DNA of 63,915 bases, the filler included, from Thermoplasmatota archaeon (GTDB taxonomy: Archaea > Thermoplasmatota > E2 > JACPAO01 > JAHFTW01): the NCBI GenBank assembly GCA_041623215.1. It is 4 parts of 4 records of this genome, joined end to end, with 100 filler letters (N's around TTAATTAATTAA, not from the genome) between each part and the next. Parts side by side here need not be neighbours in the genome. Positions count along the whole stretch, not along the records: positions 1 to 17,803 come from JBFJXH010000029.1; 3 more parts are not named here. One strand, written 5' to 3'. Below, piece after piece: positions 1 to 9,665 of the stretch. A program made the position numbers and the translations under genes. Under the pieces are notes generated by a model that did no database searches, was not told the DNA's origin, and worked only from the letters and a program-made list of their open reading frames with translations. Within the stretch, counting starts at the first letter, position 1. Every line of letters begins with the position of its first letter.

Positions 1-547
1 AGATGAGTACCGCTGCCGTCAGGGTCAACATCGGCCCCATCAGGCTAGCTGCATCGAAGAGACTCTTGATGCCACCCATCATGGTGACGGCGGCCAATTC
101 GAGGTGATGCGCCGGGTAGGCGTCGTATCCGGCCACGCGGCCAGGCGCACTCTGGATTGGAATGTGGCCGGTTTCAATGATGGTCTTGACCACGGTGTCC
201 AAGTGGACCCCGGCGTCCCTGACCACGACGGGTTCGCGGTCCGCCGTGTGCAGAATGCTCCGGCTCGAGAAGAGCAGTAGAAACGCGGCGCTCAAATCGC
301 GCCAGGATTGCTGGCCACGAATGGTCACCCAAGTGCCCATGACAACGACCAAGCTAGCTGCGGCGGCCGTGGCGACAACCACCGCTTCGGGATTGAAGCC
401 ATTGATGAAATTGGTCAGAATGATGACGATTGCCAACAGGCAATACGAGGACAACGCCAGCAAGCGGAGGACCCTGGCCGGAACGCCCCCCTCGCGCTCT
501 TGGTTGTCCTCGTCTAGGACGGCCTCGTCGGGGCTGCCTTCAAGCAT
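1..547 (-). CDS. Polytopic membrane protein, DUF2206-like/putative GT-C fold (3'-truncated by window edge)
   Basis: Not in ORF track because it runs off the window. Manual translation from ATG 547: MLEGSPDEAVLDEDNQEREGGVPARVLRLLALSSYCLLAIVIILTNF...RDAGVHLDTVVKTIIETGHIPIQ...YDAYPAHHLELAAV... with several hydrophobic helices; open to base 1. Confidence 0.6.
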   Translation of the reverse strand, partial: MLEGSPDEAVLDEDNQEREGGVPARVLRLLALSSYCLLAIVIILTNFINGFNPEAVVVATAAAASLVVVMGTWVTIRGQQSWRDLSAAFLLLFSSRSILHTADREPVVVRDAGVHLDTVVKTIIETGHIPIQSAPGRVAGYDAYPAHHLELAAVTMMGGIKSLFDAASLMGPMLTLTAAVLI

Positions 548-721
548 GGCATCAGTCCAGACCACGGTTCGTTCCGAACCCACATGCTGTCCCTGGCTAT
601 TTGGCCGTGGCGATACCTGCAATAGAGGCCTGCCTGGCCTAGGAGGGCGCAGTCGGAGTAAGCCCGGTCGGCGCTGACGTGCTATCGGCACGGCTTTGAC
701 GATAGCCGCGCCTGGACAGCC

Positions 722-1747
722 GTGGAGGTCCTTGTTACCGGCACGGCCGGCTTCATTGGCAACGCCGTGGCCAAGCGCCTTCTGGAACGTGGCGACTCAG
801 TCGTGGGCGTCGATTGCCTAGTCCCCTACTACGATGTGCAGCTCAAGGAGGCACGCCTCGACCGCCTCCGGCAGCATGAGGGCTTTCGCGAGGAACGCTG
901 GGATCTTCGCGACGGCGACCGGGTGCACCGGTTGTTCAAGGACTGCGAGCCAACTGCGGTCATTCACCTAGCTGCCCAGGCGGGCGTCCGCCATTCGATG
1001 GACCACCCGCATGATTACGTCGGCCATAATGTGACGGCGACGCTCAACATCTTGGAGGCGTGCCGGCGCCAGGTGCCGGACCACTTGCTGTTTGCCAGCA
1101 GTGCCAGCGTGTATGGTGCCAACCGAGTCGCCCCGTTTGCTGAACACCATCACACCGCCCACCCGGTAAGCCTCTACGGGGCCACAAAGCGCGCCGCAGA
1201 GGCAATGGCGCATGGCCACAGCCACCTCTTCCAGATTCCCACGACAGCCCTTCGTTTCTTCAGCGTGTACGGCCCCTGGGGTCGTCCAGACATGGCCCTG
1301 TTCTTGTTCACCAAGGCAATCTTGGCGGGCGAGCCCATTGACGTGTACAATGAAGGGAAGATGCGACGCGATTGGACCTACGTCGATGACATTGTGACGG
1401 GTACCCTCGAATTGCTGGCACGCCCACCGCAACCGATGGGCGATGACTGGGACGGCACGCCGGCGCAATCCCCCAGCGCACCCTACAGGGTACGCAACAT
1501 CGGCAATTCGTCGCCGCAGCAATTAATGGACTTCATTCACGCATTGGAGAATCGGCTTGGCAAGGAGGCCGACAAGCGACTACTGCCGCTGCAGCCAGGC
1601 GACGTGCCAGAGGCGCACGCCGATACCACGCGGCTGGCCAGCGACACAGGCTGGCGACCGTCCACACCCATCCAGGCCGGCATCGACCGCTTCATTGACT
1701 GGTACTTGGATCACTACGGCATCGAAGACCCTAATCCCAATCGCTAG
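722..1747 (+). CDS. NAD-dependent epimerase, UDP-glucuronate 4-epimerase-like
   Basis: GTAGFIG Rossmann motif, HLAAQAGVR, YGATK catalytic motif, FFSVYGPWGRPDMA, QPGDV. Confidence 0.9.
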   Translation: MEVLVTGTAGFIGNAVAKRLLERGDSVVGVDCLVPYYDVQLKEARLDRLRQHEGFREERWDLRDGDRVHRLFKDCEPTAVIHLAAQAGVRHSMDHPHDYVGHNVTATLNILEACRRQVPDHLLFASSASVYGANRVAPFAEHHHTAHPVSLYGATKRAAEAMAHGHSHLFQIPTTALRFFSVYGPWGRPDMALFLFTKAILAGEPIDVYNEGKMRRDWTYVDDIVTGTLELLARPPQPMGDDWDGTPAQSPSAPYRVRNIGNSSPQQLMDFIHALENRLGKEADKRLLPLQPGDVPEAHADTTRLASDTGWRPSTPIQAGIDRFIDWYLDHYGIEDPNPNR

Positions 1748-2784
1748 CGTGAGTCCACCAAGTCCTCGAGAATTTCCGCCAGCCGCTTGGCGACTACCTC
1801 TACGTCGTGTTCTTTGCGAACCCAGTTTCTGGCCGCCTCTGCCCTCCGCTGACGCTCGTCCACGTCATCCACCGCCTCCCCCAGGGCCTCGGCCCAGCCG
1901 GCCCCCTCGTCGCCCGGCGGCACGCCCCAACCACGCGTCTCGTCCCCCAAGAGCCGAGGTGCATCGCCGATGAGGGTCGCAATGGTCGCAGCTCCTGCGG
2001 CAAAATATTCCAGTGCCTTGAAGCCACATTTACCCTGTTCCCACGGCGAGTCCTTGAGCGGCATGAGGCCAATGTCAAACGAGGCCACGTCCCGGGGAGC
2101 CGTGTCTAGGCGCCAGGCAACGGGCGCAATGTCGAGACCATGCAGGAATGGCAACTCCGGCCCATGGCGCGTGTCCGTAACCAGTTTGAGCGTGAACGGG
2201 TGTTGCTCGTGGACACGTCGAAGGGCGTCCGCGCAAACCTGCAAATAATGCAGATTGCTGATGCCGCCAATCCAACCTACGACAGGTTTTCGACCCTCCG
2301 ACGGCAGCCGGTAATGGTCGTACGCCGCGGTGTCCAGGCCGGTTGGAAACCACATCGCGTTCGAGTTCCATTCGCGGGCGGCAGTTGCTAGCCAATCGTT
2401 GCCAGCTAGGACTAGGTCCGCCGCCTGGATGATTTTCCGCGTTGGGCCCGGTGCGCGCATGTGGACCGCGTCGTCGAAGTCGAACACCAGTGGAATTCCT
2501 TGTCGCCGCGCCTGCTTGGCAACCAATTGACTCCATCCCCAGTGTTGGGTGCCCCGATGGACGACCCAGACATCGGCGTCGATGGCCGCCTCCATTTGGC
2601 GCATGCGTCGCTTCAGGCGGGTGCGCCATCGAAGCGGGTGCCGCTTCGTGGCATTGGGTCCGTAGTCCCCGGGGTGTACCGTCACGTCGTGGCCGCGCGC
2701 CGCCAAGCGCTTGGCGACATCGAAGGCACGGATGCGGCTTGCAGAGACATCCTCGTCGCCTTCTGGGAAAAAGGAGACCTTCAT
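1744..2784 (-). CDS. Glycosyltransferase family 4
   Basis: SASRIR, VFDFDDA, VVGWIGG, DIGLMPL...GKCGFKALEYFAAG; start moved to ATG 2784 (ATGA overlap with upstream stop). Confidence 0.85.
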   Translation of the reverse strand: MKVSFFPEGDEDVSASRIRAFDVAKRLAARGHDVTVHPGDYGPNATKRHPLRWRTRLKRRMRQMEAAIDADVWVVHRGTQHWGWSQLVAKQARRQGIPLVFDFDDAVHMRAPGPTRKIIQAADLVLAGNDWLATAAREWNSNAMWFPTGLDTAAYDHYRLPSEGRKPVVGWIGGISNLHYLQVCADALRRVHEQHPFTLKLVTDTRHGPELPFLHGLDIAPVAWRLDTAPRDVASFDIGLMPLKDSPWEQGKCGFKALEYFAAGAATIATLIGDAPRLLGDETRGWGVPPGDEGAGWAEALGEAVDDVDERQRRAEAARNWVRKEHDVEVVAKRLAEILEDLVDSR

Positions 2785-3722
2785 GCGGGGTCCTCCGCAG
2801 CGCCTTTGGAATCCCGCCGGTCCGATTGTTTGATGGCTGCGCCAATGGCAATCCAGGCAGGCATGGCCAGGCGGGGGCCGCGAAGGCTGGCCCGGACCGC
2901 CCACGTCAAGGCAGCCCCTAATCGTCCGGCACGCGCCCATTGGCGTGCAATTTCGGCTCGTTGCTTGGCGTGAAAGTCTTGGTCTCGAACATCGCGCCCG
3001 TGGCGCTGCAAGAGTAACTGCCTTGCTTCGGCAGCTGCCCCCGGACGTTGGCTGATGCTTCCCGGCGTCTCATCTGCATAGGCGACCAGCGGGCGCCCAA
3101 TACGAGTGCCGGGGAATGCCAGCGCAACACGGGTTAGCCATTCTAGGTCGGTGAAGCGAGGAAAGCGCTCGTCGAACCGGCCCACGGCGTCCACTACGTG
3201 CCGCTTCAGAAGGCATGTTTGGATGCCAATGTTGCGAACTTGGTAATCGTGGTCAGGCCCCACGATGCGCCCCGGCATGACGTCGGGCGCTAGGTGCGGG
3301 GCGCTGTTCGAGCCCGTTCGCGTCATGTCTCCGTAGCACCAGGCAGCGCGTCCGCTAGCCTGCAAATCAGTTTGCGGGGCCGCATCCGCGGCGGCTCCAG
3401 GGCCGGCAAGGGCATCCCATTGCATTTGCAACTTGCCAGGCAGCCATAGGTCATCACTATCTTGGAATGCGATGAATTGACCCTTGGCGTTGGCAAGTCC
3501 CACGTTGCGGGCGCTTGCAGCACCGGGAGCACCGTTGTTCTCAACGACCCGCACGCGTCGGTCGCCAAGGCCAGTCACCACGGCTGCAATGTCTTCCTCG
3601 GAGTGGTCATCCACCACGACCACCTCAAGCGTTACGTGGCTTGGTAGCGCTTGATTCAACACCGACTGAATGGCCGGGCCAAGTGTTTGCGCCCGGTTAT
3701 GAGTCGGCAGGATGACGGTCAC
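2781..3722 (-). CDS. Glycosyltransferase family 2
   Basis: VILPTHNRA, VVVDDHS, GAASARNVG, IAFQDSDD motifs. Confidence 0.9.
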   Translation of the reverse strand: MTVILPTHNRAQTLGPAIQSVLNQALPSHVTLEVVVVDDHSEEDIAAVVTGLGDRRVRVVENNGAPGAASARNVGLANAKGQFIAFQDSDDLWLPGKLQMQWDALAGPGAAADAAPQTDLQASGRAAWCYGDMTRTGSNSAPHLAPDVMPGRIVGPDHDYQVRNIGIQTCLLKRHVVDAVGRFDERFPRFTDLEWLTRVALAFPGTRIGRPLVAYADETPGSISQRPGAAAEARQLLLQRHGRDVRDQDFHAKQRAEIARQWARAGRLGAALTWAVRASLRGPRLAMPAWIAIGAAIKQSDRRDSKGAAEDPA

Positions 3723-4906
3723 AAGGGCGATGCCGCCACCTCCCGGTAGATGGCAGCCAGGGCGTGCCCTTGCTGCCGTGCATCAAAACGCGTCGCCACG
3801 TCGCGCCAGCCCGCAGCGATGCGCTTTGCGGCAGCTTCGTCGTCGTCTCGAATGCCCCGCAAAGCCGCAGCTAGCCGCTGCACGTCACCCTCGGGGACAA
3901 TTGCCCCGTTGGCTCCCTCGGCAAGCACGAAAGGAATGTCGCAATGGTTGGTGCCGATGACGGCCGTTCCGAGGGCCATGGCCTCGAGAAGGACGACTGG
4001 CGCGCCCCCTTCACAATCTCCGTCGGCCGCAGTCCTGCTTGGGGCCACCACCACGTCGGCCCGCACGATTTCGCTAGCCAGCCGGCTGTGGTCTGTGTAG
4101 CCTAGCAAGCGCGCGCCTGCGGCCAAGCCAGTATCTGTGAGCGCGTCACGAATGCGTCGCTTTTCCTCTTCGGACCCGGGCGTCAAATCGCTATCACCGA
4201 TAATCGTAACTTCGACTTCCGTGCCGGCGGCAGCCGCGGCCTGAATACCATCTGGCATGCCTTTCTTTTCTCTGAATCCCCCCACCAGCAGCACGCGAAG
4301 CGGCCCGTCGGTTTCCCCATCCGCCCTAGCACCAGGCGGGAGCGGTAGGCCGCTTTGGCCAGAGGGGAGCCTCGCCCGAAGGCCTTGGACGTCCACTCCC
4401 AGGGGATGCACGCGAACAGTGGGTGCGCCCAGCGCTTCAATCGTCGCCGCCATGTGAGGTCCTTCGGCGAGAACCAGGCGGGCAGCGTCAAACAGGTCGG
4501 CATACCGGTCCCGCCACAGGGGATCACGGGGCAGACGCTGAACATCATGGCCATAGAAGGTGACCACTTGTGGCACGCGCGCTGCCAAAGCCAGATCGTG
4601 GTCACGCCACGCCTGGTCACCGAAGTGTGAATGGAGGATTCCGGGGCCTCGGCTGCCCCGCGCAGCCAGCGCCTTGGCGACGACCTTGCGATGGCGGGCT
4701 GGCCGGTAAGGCGGGTAGCCTCGAAGCGGCCCCGGCAGCGCCCAGGGCGCACGAACCTTCCGACACGGGAACCGGCGGGCGTTGCGGATGCTGCCCGCCA
4801 CGACGCTGCTGGCGACATCTGGGGGCAGGAACCGCACCTGATCCCACAGCCACGCCTGCGTAATTGGCAGCCACCGTTGTACCGAATGAAGCACTTGCAG
4901 GCTCAT
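3719..4906 (-). CDS. Glycosyltransferase family 4 (WcaL-like)
   Basis: ILHSHFG, VVTFYGHD, GFREKKG, DGDCEGGAPVVLLEAMALG; start ATG 4906 overlaps upstream stop. Confidence 0.88.
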   Translation of the reverse strand: MSLQVLHSVQRWLPITQAWLWDQVRFLPPDVASSVVAGSIRNARRFPCRKVRAPWALPGPLRGYPPYRPARHRKVVAKALAARGSRGPGILHSHFGDQAWRDHDLALAARVPQVVTFYGHDVQRLPRDPLWRDRYADLFDAARLVLAEGPHMAATIEALGAPTVRVHPLGVDVQGLRARLPSGQSGLPLPPGARADGETDGPLRVLLVGGFREKKGMPDGIQAAAAAGTEVEVTIIGDSDLTPGSEEEKRRIRDALTDTGLAAGARLLGYTDHSRLASEIVRADVVVAPSRTAADGDCEGGAPVVLLEAMALGTAVIGTNHCDIPFVLAEGANGAIVPEGDVQRLAAALRGIRDDDEAAAKRIAAGWRDVATRFDARQQGHALAAIYREVAASPL

Positions 4907-6396
4907 GCACTTGCCCCCCGCATGGTTGCCCAAATGTCTCTTGCACCGCGTGGCCGGACAATCAACAATCCACCCCCATAGAAGACCGCCCCACTAGCGA
5001 CGAGAACCCCCAAGCGCTGCCAGGATATGAGAGCCGGCAGAACCGCATCCACCGACGCGACCCCAATGGCCATGACAAGTCCGAGCCCGATGGCTGGTGC
5101 GGCATCTGCGAAGGCGTCACGGGGGTTCAGCCCCACCAAGCGCCCAGCAGCCCACAGTTGGGGGACGGTGTTGATGGCGATGGCGATGGCAATACCCGCG
5201 GCAACCCCCGGCAGGCCCCACCGAACGCCCACGACGATGGCCGTCAAGGTCACCGCCTTCATCGCGAGGTCCAAGCGCAACTGCGTGTCCGGCCGGCCGC
5301 ACGCCAGAAACAGATTGCCATACAGTTGTCGTACGGCAACCACCGGCAAGACCACGCCGAGAATCTGCAGCACCGGCACCATGCCCACCCACTTGCGTGT
5401 GTAGAGCGCCACTACGAAAGGCTCAGCCGTAATGGCAAGGCCAAAGGCCAGCGGCACCACCGCGATGCTGACGGCCCGAACCGCTCGCCGGTGAGACCTA
5501 GCCAATGCTTCCAAGTCATCCTGCATGCGCGCATAGGCCGGAAGAAGCACCTGGTTGAGGACACGACTGGCATTGGCTAATGGCAGCAACAGCAGGGCAT
5601 AGGCCCGCGTGTAGAGACCGAGGGCAAAGGCCCCCAGAAACTTGCCCACCACTAGGTTGTCCAAATTGTATCCCCAGTAGGTGATGGTTCGGCTACCCAT
5701 GACGTGCTTGCTAAACGTCCATAACTCCGATGTCGCCCGTCCACTGGGATAGGCGGTAAGTCCGGTAACGACGGGCTCGGCGGCATCCACACCATCTGCG
5801 ACCGCCCCAGCCAACGCTCCGCGCCGCGGCCAAAGCAGCACGGTGGGGACTGCCGCCTGGACGAATGCTTGCGCCACAAGCGCGCCGACGCCCCGACCCT
5901 CAAGTGCCAGCGCAATGGCGGTCGCACCAGCCAGCAGGGCACCCAGAAAATCGGCCGTGGCAATGCGTCGAAAGGCAAGATGCCGCTGCGCCAGCGCTCG
6001 GGGCACCAGCCCCAGCGACGCCGCCGGGAAAACCAAGACAAGGGCTCGGGTCACCGTGGTAAGCTGCGGCTGATCGAACGCCATCGCAAGCAGCGGCGCC
6101 CCCCACCAGAAGATTGCCACGAAGGCAAGGCCCGCCAGCATCGCGGCCCACCACGCACTGGCCAAGTGGTCAGGCCGAAGGTCCTCGCGCTGGACGAGCG
6201 CCGGCGACAGGCCCGCTTCAAGGACACTTTGGGCAAAGGCCACGGCCACCATGGCCATCGCGATGAGGCCAAAATCTCCTGGCACCAGCAACCGCGCCAA
6301 TAGAATCCCAATGCCGAGGGACAAGAACTGCCTGGCAAGTTGGCCAGCGAGGCTCCACCGGATGCCCGTGAGGACCCGCTCCCGGAGGGCCATCAC
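4903..6396 (-). CDS. wzx: Wzx-type polysaccharide flippase (WzxC-like)
   Basis: ~12 TM helices, LARLLVPGDFG, NLDNLVVGKFLG...LGLYTRAY. Confidence 0.88.
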   Translation of the reverse strand: MMALRERVLTGIRWSLAGQLARQFLSLGIGILLARLLVPGDFGLIAMAMVAVAFAQSVLEAGLSPALVQREDLRPDHLASAWWAAMLAGLAFVAIFWWGAPLLAMAFDQPQLTTVTRALVLVFPAASLGLVPRALAQRHLAFRRIATADFLGALLAGATAIALALEGRGVGALVAQAFVQAAVPTVLLWPRRGALAGAVADGVDAAEPVVTGLTAYPSGRATSELWTFSKHVMGSRTITYWGYNLDNLVVGKFLGAFALGLYTRAYALLLLPLANASRVLNQVLLPAYARMQDDLEALARSHRRAVRAVSIAVVPLAFGLAITAEPFVVALYTRKWVGMVPVLQILGVVLPVVAVRQLYGNLFLACGRPDTQLRLDLAMKAVTLTAIVVGVRWGLPGVAAGIAIAIAINTVPQLWAAGRLVGLNPRDAFADAAPAIGLGLVMAIGVASVDAVLPALISWQRLGVLVASGAVFYGGGLLIVRPRGARDIWATMRGASA

Positions 6397-7109
6397 GCCT
6401 CGTTCGTCGCGCCTGCCGCGGCCGCTGCGTCGTAGAATCGCTCCTTGATGGGCTTCGCATACGGGTGGCCGCCCGCAAAGGTGTTGGGCGGCATGGAGTC
6501 CTTGACTAGGGCATGCACGAGAATGGCTGAATCATCCCCAATCGTAATGCCCGGCAACAACACCGCCCCCACCGCGACGCCCACGTTGTTTCCCAGCACG
6601 ATGGGGCCCTCGATGACGAATTGCTGGTCGTGGGGCGCTCGAGGGGTAGTTACGAAGGACCGGTCGCCGGGATTGGCTTCGTCCCTGGCGTGATTGGTGA
6701 AGCTCAGGTGGGTAACGCGCTCCGCAATCCCGCAGTCATCACCGATTTGTATGCCCCCGATGCCAAGCATGTAGTTGTAGGCGGCAATGTGGGTGCGCTT
6801 CCCGATGCTCACTTCCCCTGGAGCCGCCGTGAAATTCGGGTTGTCGATGCGCGTCCGGGGCCGCTCGGAGTTGTCGGGGCCGGCTAGAATCATGACATAC
6901 TTGTCAATCCAACAGCCATCGTGGAGGCTAATGTTGGCAGGGTTTTGGAAGTAGGCGCCGACGTCAATCTTGACGTTGCTCCCGCAGTGCTTGAGCCGTT
7001 TGCGCCAGTAATTGTAGCGCAGGCTGTAGCCCATTCGGCCGGGCATCCAGGTGACCATGAGTTCGCGCGTGTTGCGAAGCAGTTCCATCAAGTTGGCGGC
7101 TCGTCCCAT
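6393..7109 (-). CDS. Hexapeptide-repeat (LbH) acyltransferase
   Basis: SIGKRTHI, IQIGDDCGI, VLGNNVGV, ITIGDDSAI, AGGHPYAK; start ATG 7109 in TGATG overlap. Confidence 0.8.
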   Translation of the reverse strand: MGRAANLMELLRNTRELMVTWMPGRMGYSLRYNYWRKRLKHCGSNVKIDVGAYFQNPANISLHDGCWIDKYVMILAGPDNSERPRTRIDNPNFTAAPGEVSIGKRTHIAAYNYMLGIGGIQIGDDCGIAERVTHLSFTNHARDEANPGDRSFVTTPRAPHDQQFVIEGPIVLGNNVGVAVGAVLLPGITIGDDSAILVHALVKDSMPPNTFAGGHPYAKPIKERFYDAAAAAGATNEA

Positions 7110-8392
7110 CAGAGTAACCCCGGCAGGTTCAACGTGGTGCGGACGGCCACGTCGGCGTTTGGCTGATTCGGTATGGTCATGTCGCTTGGATGCAGATGAC
7201 TTTCGAACCACGTGCCTGCGTGCACGCCCAATTCGCGGTGGACCCAGGTCGAATCCGCTTTGCGGTGCGCCTCATCCTCAGCGACGGCAAACGGAAACCG
7301 AAGCCAGACCGGCTCCGCACCTACGGCCGGACGGGCGGTCCGAAGCCCCCGATCAGCGCACCACGCCTGCCAACGGCGTGCATTCTGCCGGCGAAGTTCA
7401 TTCACCGCGTCAAGTCTCTGCAGTTGACCAAGACCAAGGGCAGCCAACGGGCCGGCCAGCCGCGTGCCAACGTGGGGCGCACCCACTTGCTCGCCAGGCG
7501 GCGTTGACGGGGGGCCCGGCGCGAATCGCTTGGCGGCCCGGTTCTTGGTCCACCGCCGAAGCGGATGCGCATAGCGATAGTAGGAGTGCCACGCCGCTTC
7601 GACGCGCCGACGGGTTGCATCTGGCGTGGGCAGCGGCAGGTCTTCTTGGACGGCTCCCAGTTTTTCGCCAAGCGCTTTTTCCTGCGTGTACGCCATGCCG
7701 CCCATCACCGTGCTCAGCACCTTGCTGCGCTCGAAGGAAGTGAAACTGAGTGCTCCGAAGGTTCCCACCCGCTTACCCTCTAACCGGGCACCCGTGGCGT
7801 GCGCACAATCCTCGATGACGACGGCGCCAGCTTGACGACGGCGCGGCCTGCGGTCTGCGACGGCCTCCACGATAGCCCGCGTATCCCGGGCCGGAAGGCC
7901 ATAGGAATGCTGGACCAGCACCGCTCGAGTACGCGCCGTAAGAGCATCGGCAACGCGGTCGCCGCTGGGGCCCCAGGTATCCAATTCGATGTCAACGAAG
8001 ACGGGCACGGCACCAAGTGCCTGCACCGCATTTGGCACAACCACGCACGTGTAGGCCGGCATGACCACTTGGTCACCCTTGCCGACGCCAAGCGCGGCAA
8101 GGCACGCTTGAAAGGCGGTGCGACCGGCATCAAAGGCAACCGCATGGCCACCTCCCTGGAACTCCCGGAAGGTTGCCTCGAGTCGCCGCACATGACCGGC
8201 CTCTCTCCGATCCGCGACCCGTTGCATCGTGGCCAGATCATCCCGAGTCACGGTCATGGACTCGAAGGACGGGAGAACCTGCTTGCGCTGCAACCGCTGC
8301 CGCATCGCCAAGCTTGTGGGTGCTGCAAGACCAAGCGATGCCGGCTCGACCGGGGACCGGGGCTTCGCAGCGGCCTCTGATTTTCGGACCAT
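7109..8392 (-). CDS. DegT/DnrJ/EryC1/StrS-family PLP aminotransferase (divergent)
   Basis: GDQVVMPAYTC, PVFVDI, VIEDCAHA, SFERSK (PLP lysine); start ATG 8392 in TAATG overlap. Confidence 0.8.
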   Translation of the reverse strand: MVRKSEAAAKPRSPVEPASLGLAAPTSLAMRQRLQRKQVLPSFESMTVTRDDLATMQRVADRREAGHVRRLEATFREFQGGGHAVAFDAGRTAFQACLAALGVGKGDQVVMPAYTCVVVPNAVQALGAVPVFVDIELDTWGPSGDRVADALTARTRAVLVQHSYGLPARDTRAIVEAVADRRPRRRQAGAVVIEDCAHATGARLEGKRVGTFGALSFTSFERSKVLSTVMGGMAYTQEKALGEKLGAVQEDLPLPTPDATRRRVEAAWHSYYRYAHPLRRWTKNRAAKRFAPGPPSTPPGEQVGAPHVGTRLAGPLAALGLGQLQRLDAVNELRRQNARRWQAWCADRGLRTARPAVGAEPVWLRFPFAVAEDEAHRKADSTWVHRELGVHAGTWFESHLHPSDMTIPNQPNADVAVRTTLNLPGLL

Positions 8393-9567
8393 TACTCGAC
8401 GAGGCATCGCCGCAACGCCTCCAACACATCGGCTTGATCTTGGTCAGAAACCGCCGGCGACAACGGGAGACTCAGGCAGCGACGGCCCACGTCGGTGGCC
8501 ACTGGAGCGTCCTCCGGCGTCCACCCAAGGTGCTGGCGATAGAAGGGGTGCTCCGTGAGCGCAAGGTAGTGGACACCAACGCCAATTCCTTGGCGCGTCA
8601 TGCCGGCCAGCAGGGTATCGCGCGGCGATTCGTCAGCCCTGCCGGCTTCTACTAGGATAGGGTAGAGATGGCGTGCATGCCTGGAATTGGCAGGTAATCC
8701 TTCCTCGGCGGTCGGGCATTCGACGGGCAGGTCGGCGAGGGCAGCATCATAGGCCGTCCACAATTGCTTGCGCCGGTCTAGGTTGGCCTCGACGCGGGCT
8801 AACTGGTGGATGCCAAGGGCCGCCTGCAAATCTGTCAGGTTGTACTTGTAGCCCGCTTCTTCGACGAAATAATGCTGATAGCCCTCGTCACCGAAGCGCT
8901 TCCAAGCATCCCGCGAAAGTCCGTGCAGCGCCAGGCGCTTGATGCGGTCCGCCGCGTGGCCATCTTGCGCGAGGACCATGCCGCCTTCCCCACAGGTGAC
9001 ATTCTTGGTCGCGTAGAAACTGAAGCAGCCAAACGCACCGAAGGTCCCGGCGTGCTGACCCCGCCACGTGGTTTCGATGGCATGGGCACAGTCCTCGATG
9101 AGTGTTAGCTCATGGTCTTCGGCCAACTGTCCCAAACCGTCCATGTCACAGGGCCTGCCCGCGAAGTGGACGGGCAAGATGGCTTTCGTTTTCCCGGTAA
9201 TTGCGCTGGCGACCTTGTCAACGCTGATGTTCATGTCGGCGCCGACGTCCGCTAGAACGGGGCGCGCCCCGGCATGGAGAATCGCATTGGCAGTGGCTGC
9301 GAAGGTAAGTGGCGTCGTAATGACCTCGTCGCCGGGGCCAATGCCAGCGGCAATGATGGACAAGTGGAGTGCCGCCGTGCACGACCCGACGGCAACCGCG
9401 TGCTCGGCACCGGTGTAGTTAGCGAAGTCCTGCTCAAAGCGGGCCACTCGTGGCCCGGTGCCAATCCAGCCAGATTTCAGCGTGGCAACCACTTCCTCAA
9501 TCTCGGCGTCCCGCAGGTCAGGCCTGCCATAGACCAGGAAGTCGGCCGGAGCGCGGACGGGATCCAC
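8392..9567 (-). CDS. DegT/DnrJ/EryC1/StrS-family sugar aminotransferase
   Basis: SGWIGTGPRV, PVHFAG, IEDCAHA, FSFYATKNVTCGEGG, GYKYNL; exact start uncertain. Confidence 0.92.
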   Translation of the reverse strand: MDPVRAPADFLVYGRPDLRDAEIEEVVATLKSGWIGTGPRVARFEQDFANYTGAEHAVAVGSCTAALHLSIIAAGIGPGDEVITTPLTFAATANAILHAGARPVLADVGADMNISVDKVASAITGKTKAILPVHFAGRPCDMDGLGQLAEDHELTLIEDCAHAIETTWRGQHAGTFGAFGCFSFYATKNVTCGEGGMVLAQDGHAADRIKRLALHGLSRDAWKRFGDEGYQHYFVEEAGYKYNLTDLQAALGIHQLARVEANLDRRKQLWTAYDAALADLPVECPTAEEGLPANSRHARHLYPILVEAGRADESPRDTLLAGMTRQGIGVGVHYLALTEHPFYRQHLGWTPEDAPVATDVGRRCLSLPLSPAVSDQDQADVLEALRRCLVE

Positions 9568-9665
9568 AAACCGGGACCGGCAGGCCCCTTCAAAAGGAGG
9601 CCTTGTGGGCTGCAACGCCACTTCGGCCGCCGCAGGAGGGCCCAAGACCACACCACAACCCCCAA

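Noticed and set aside
7110..8407. Two neighbouring ORFs both appear to start MVRKS
   Set aside because: The 7211 start lies ~100 nt inside the upstream gene; the true start is probably ATG 7109, so the match is coincidental
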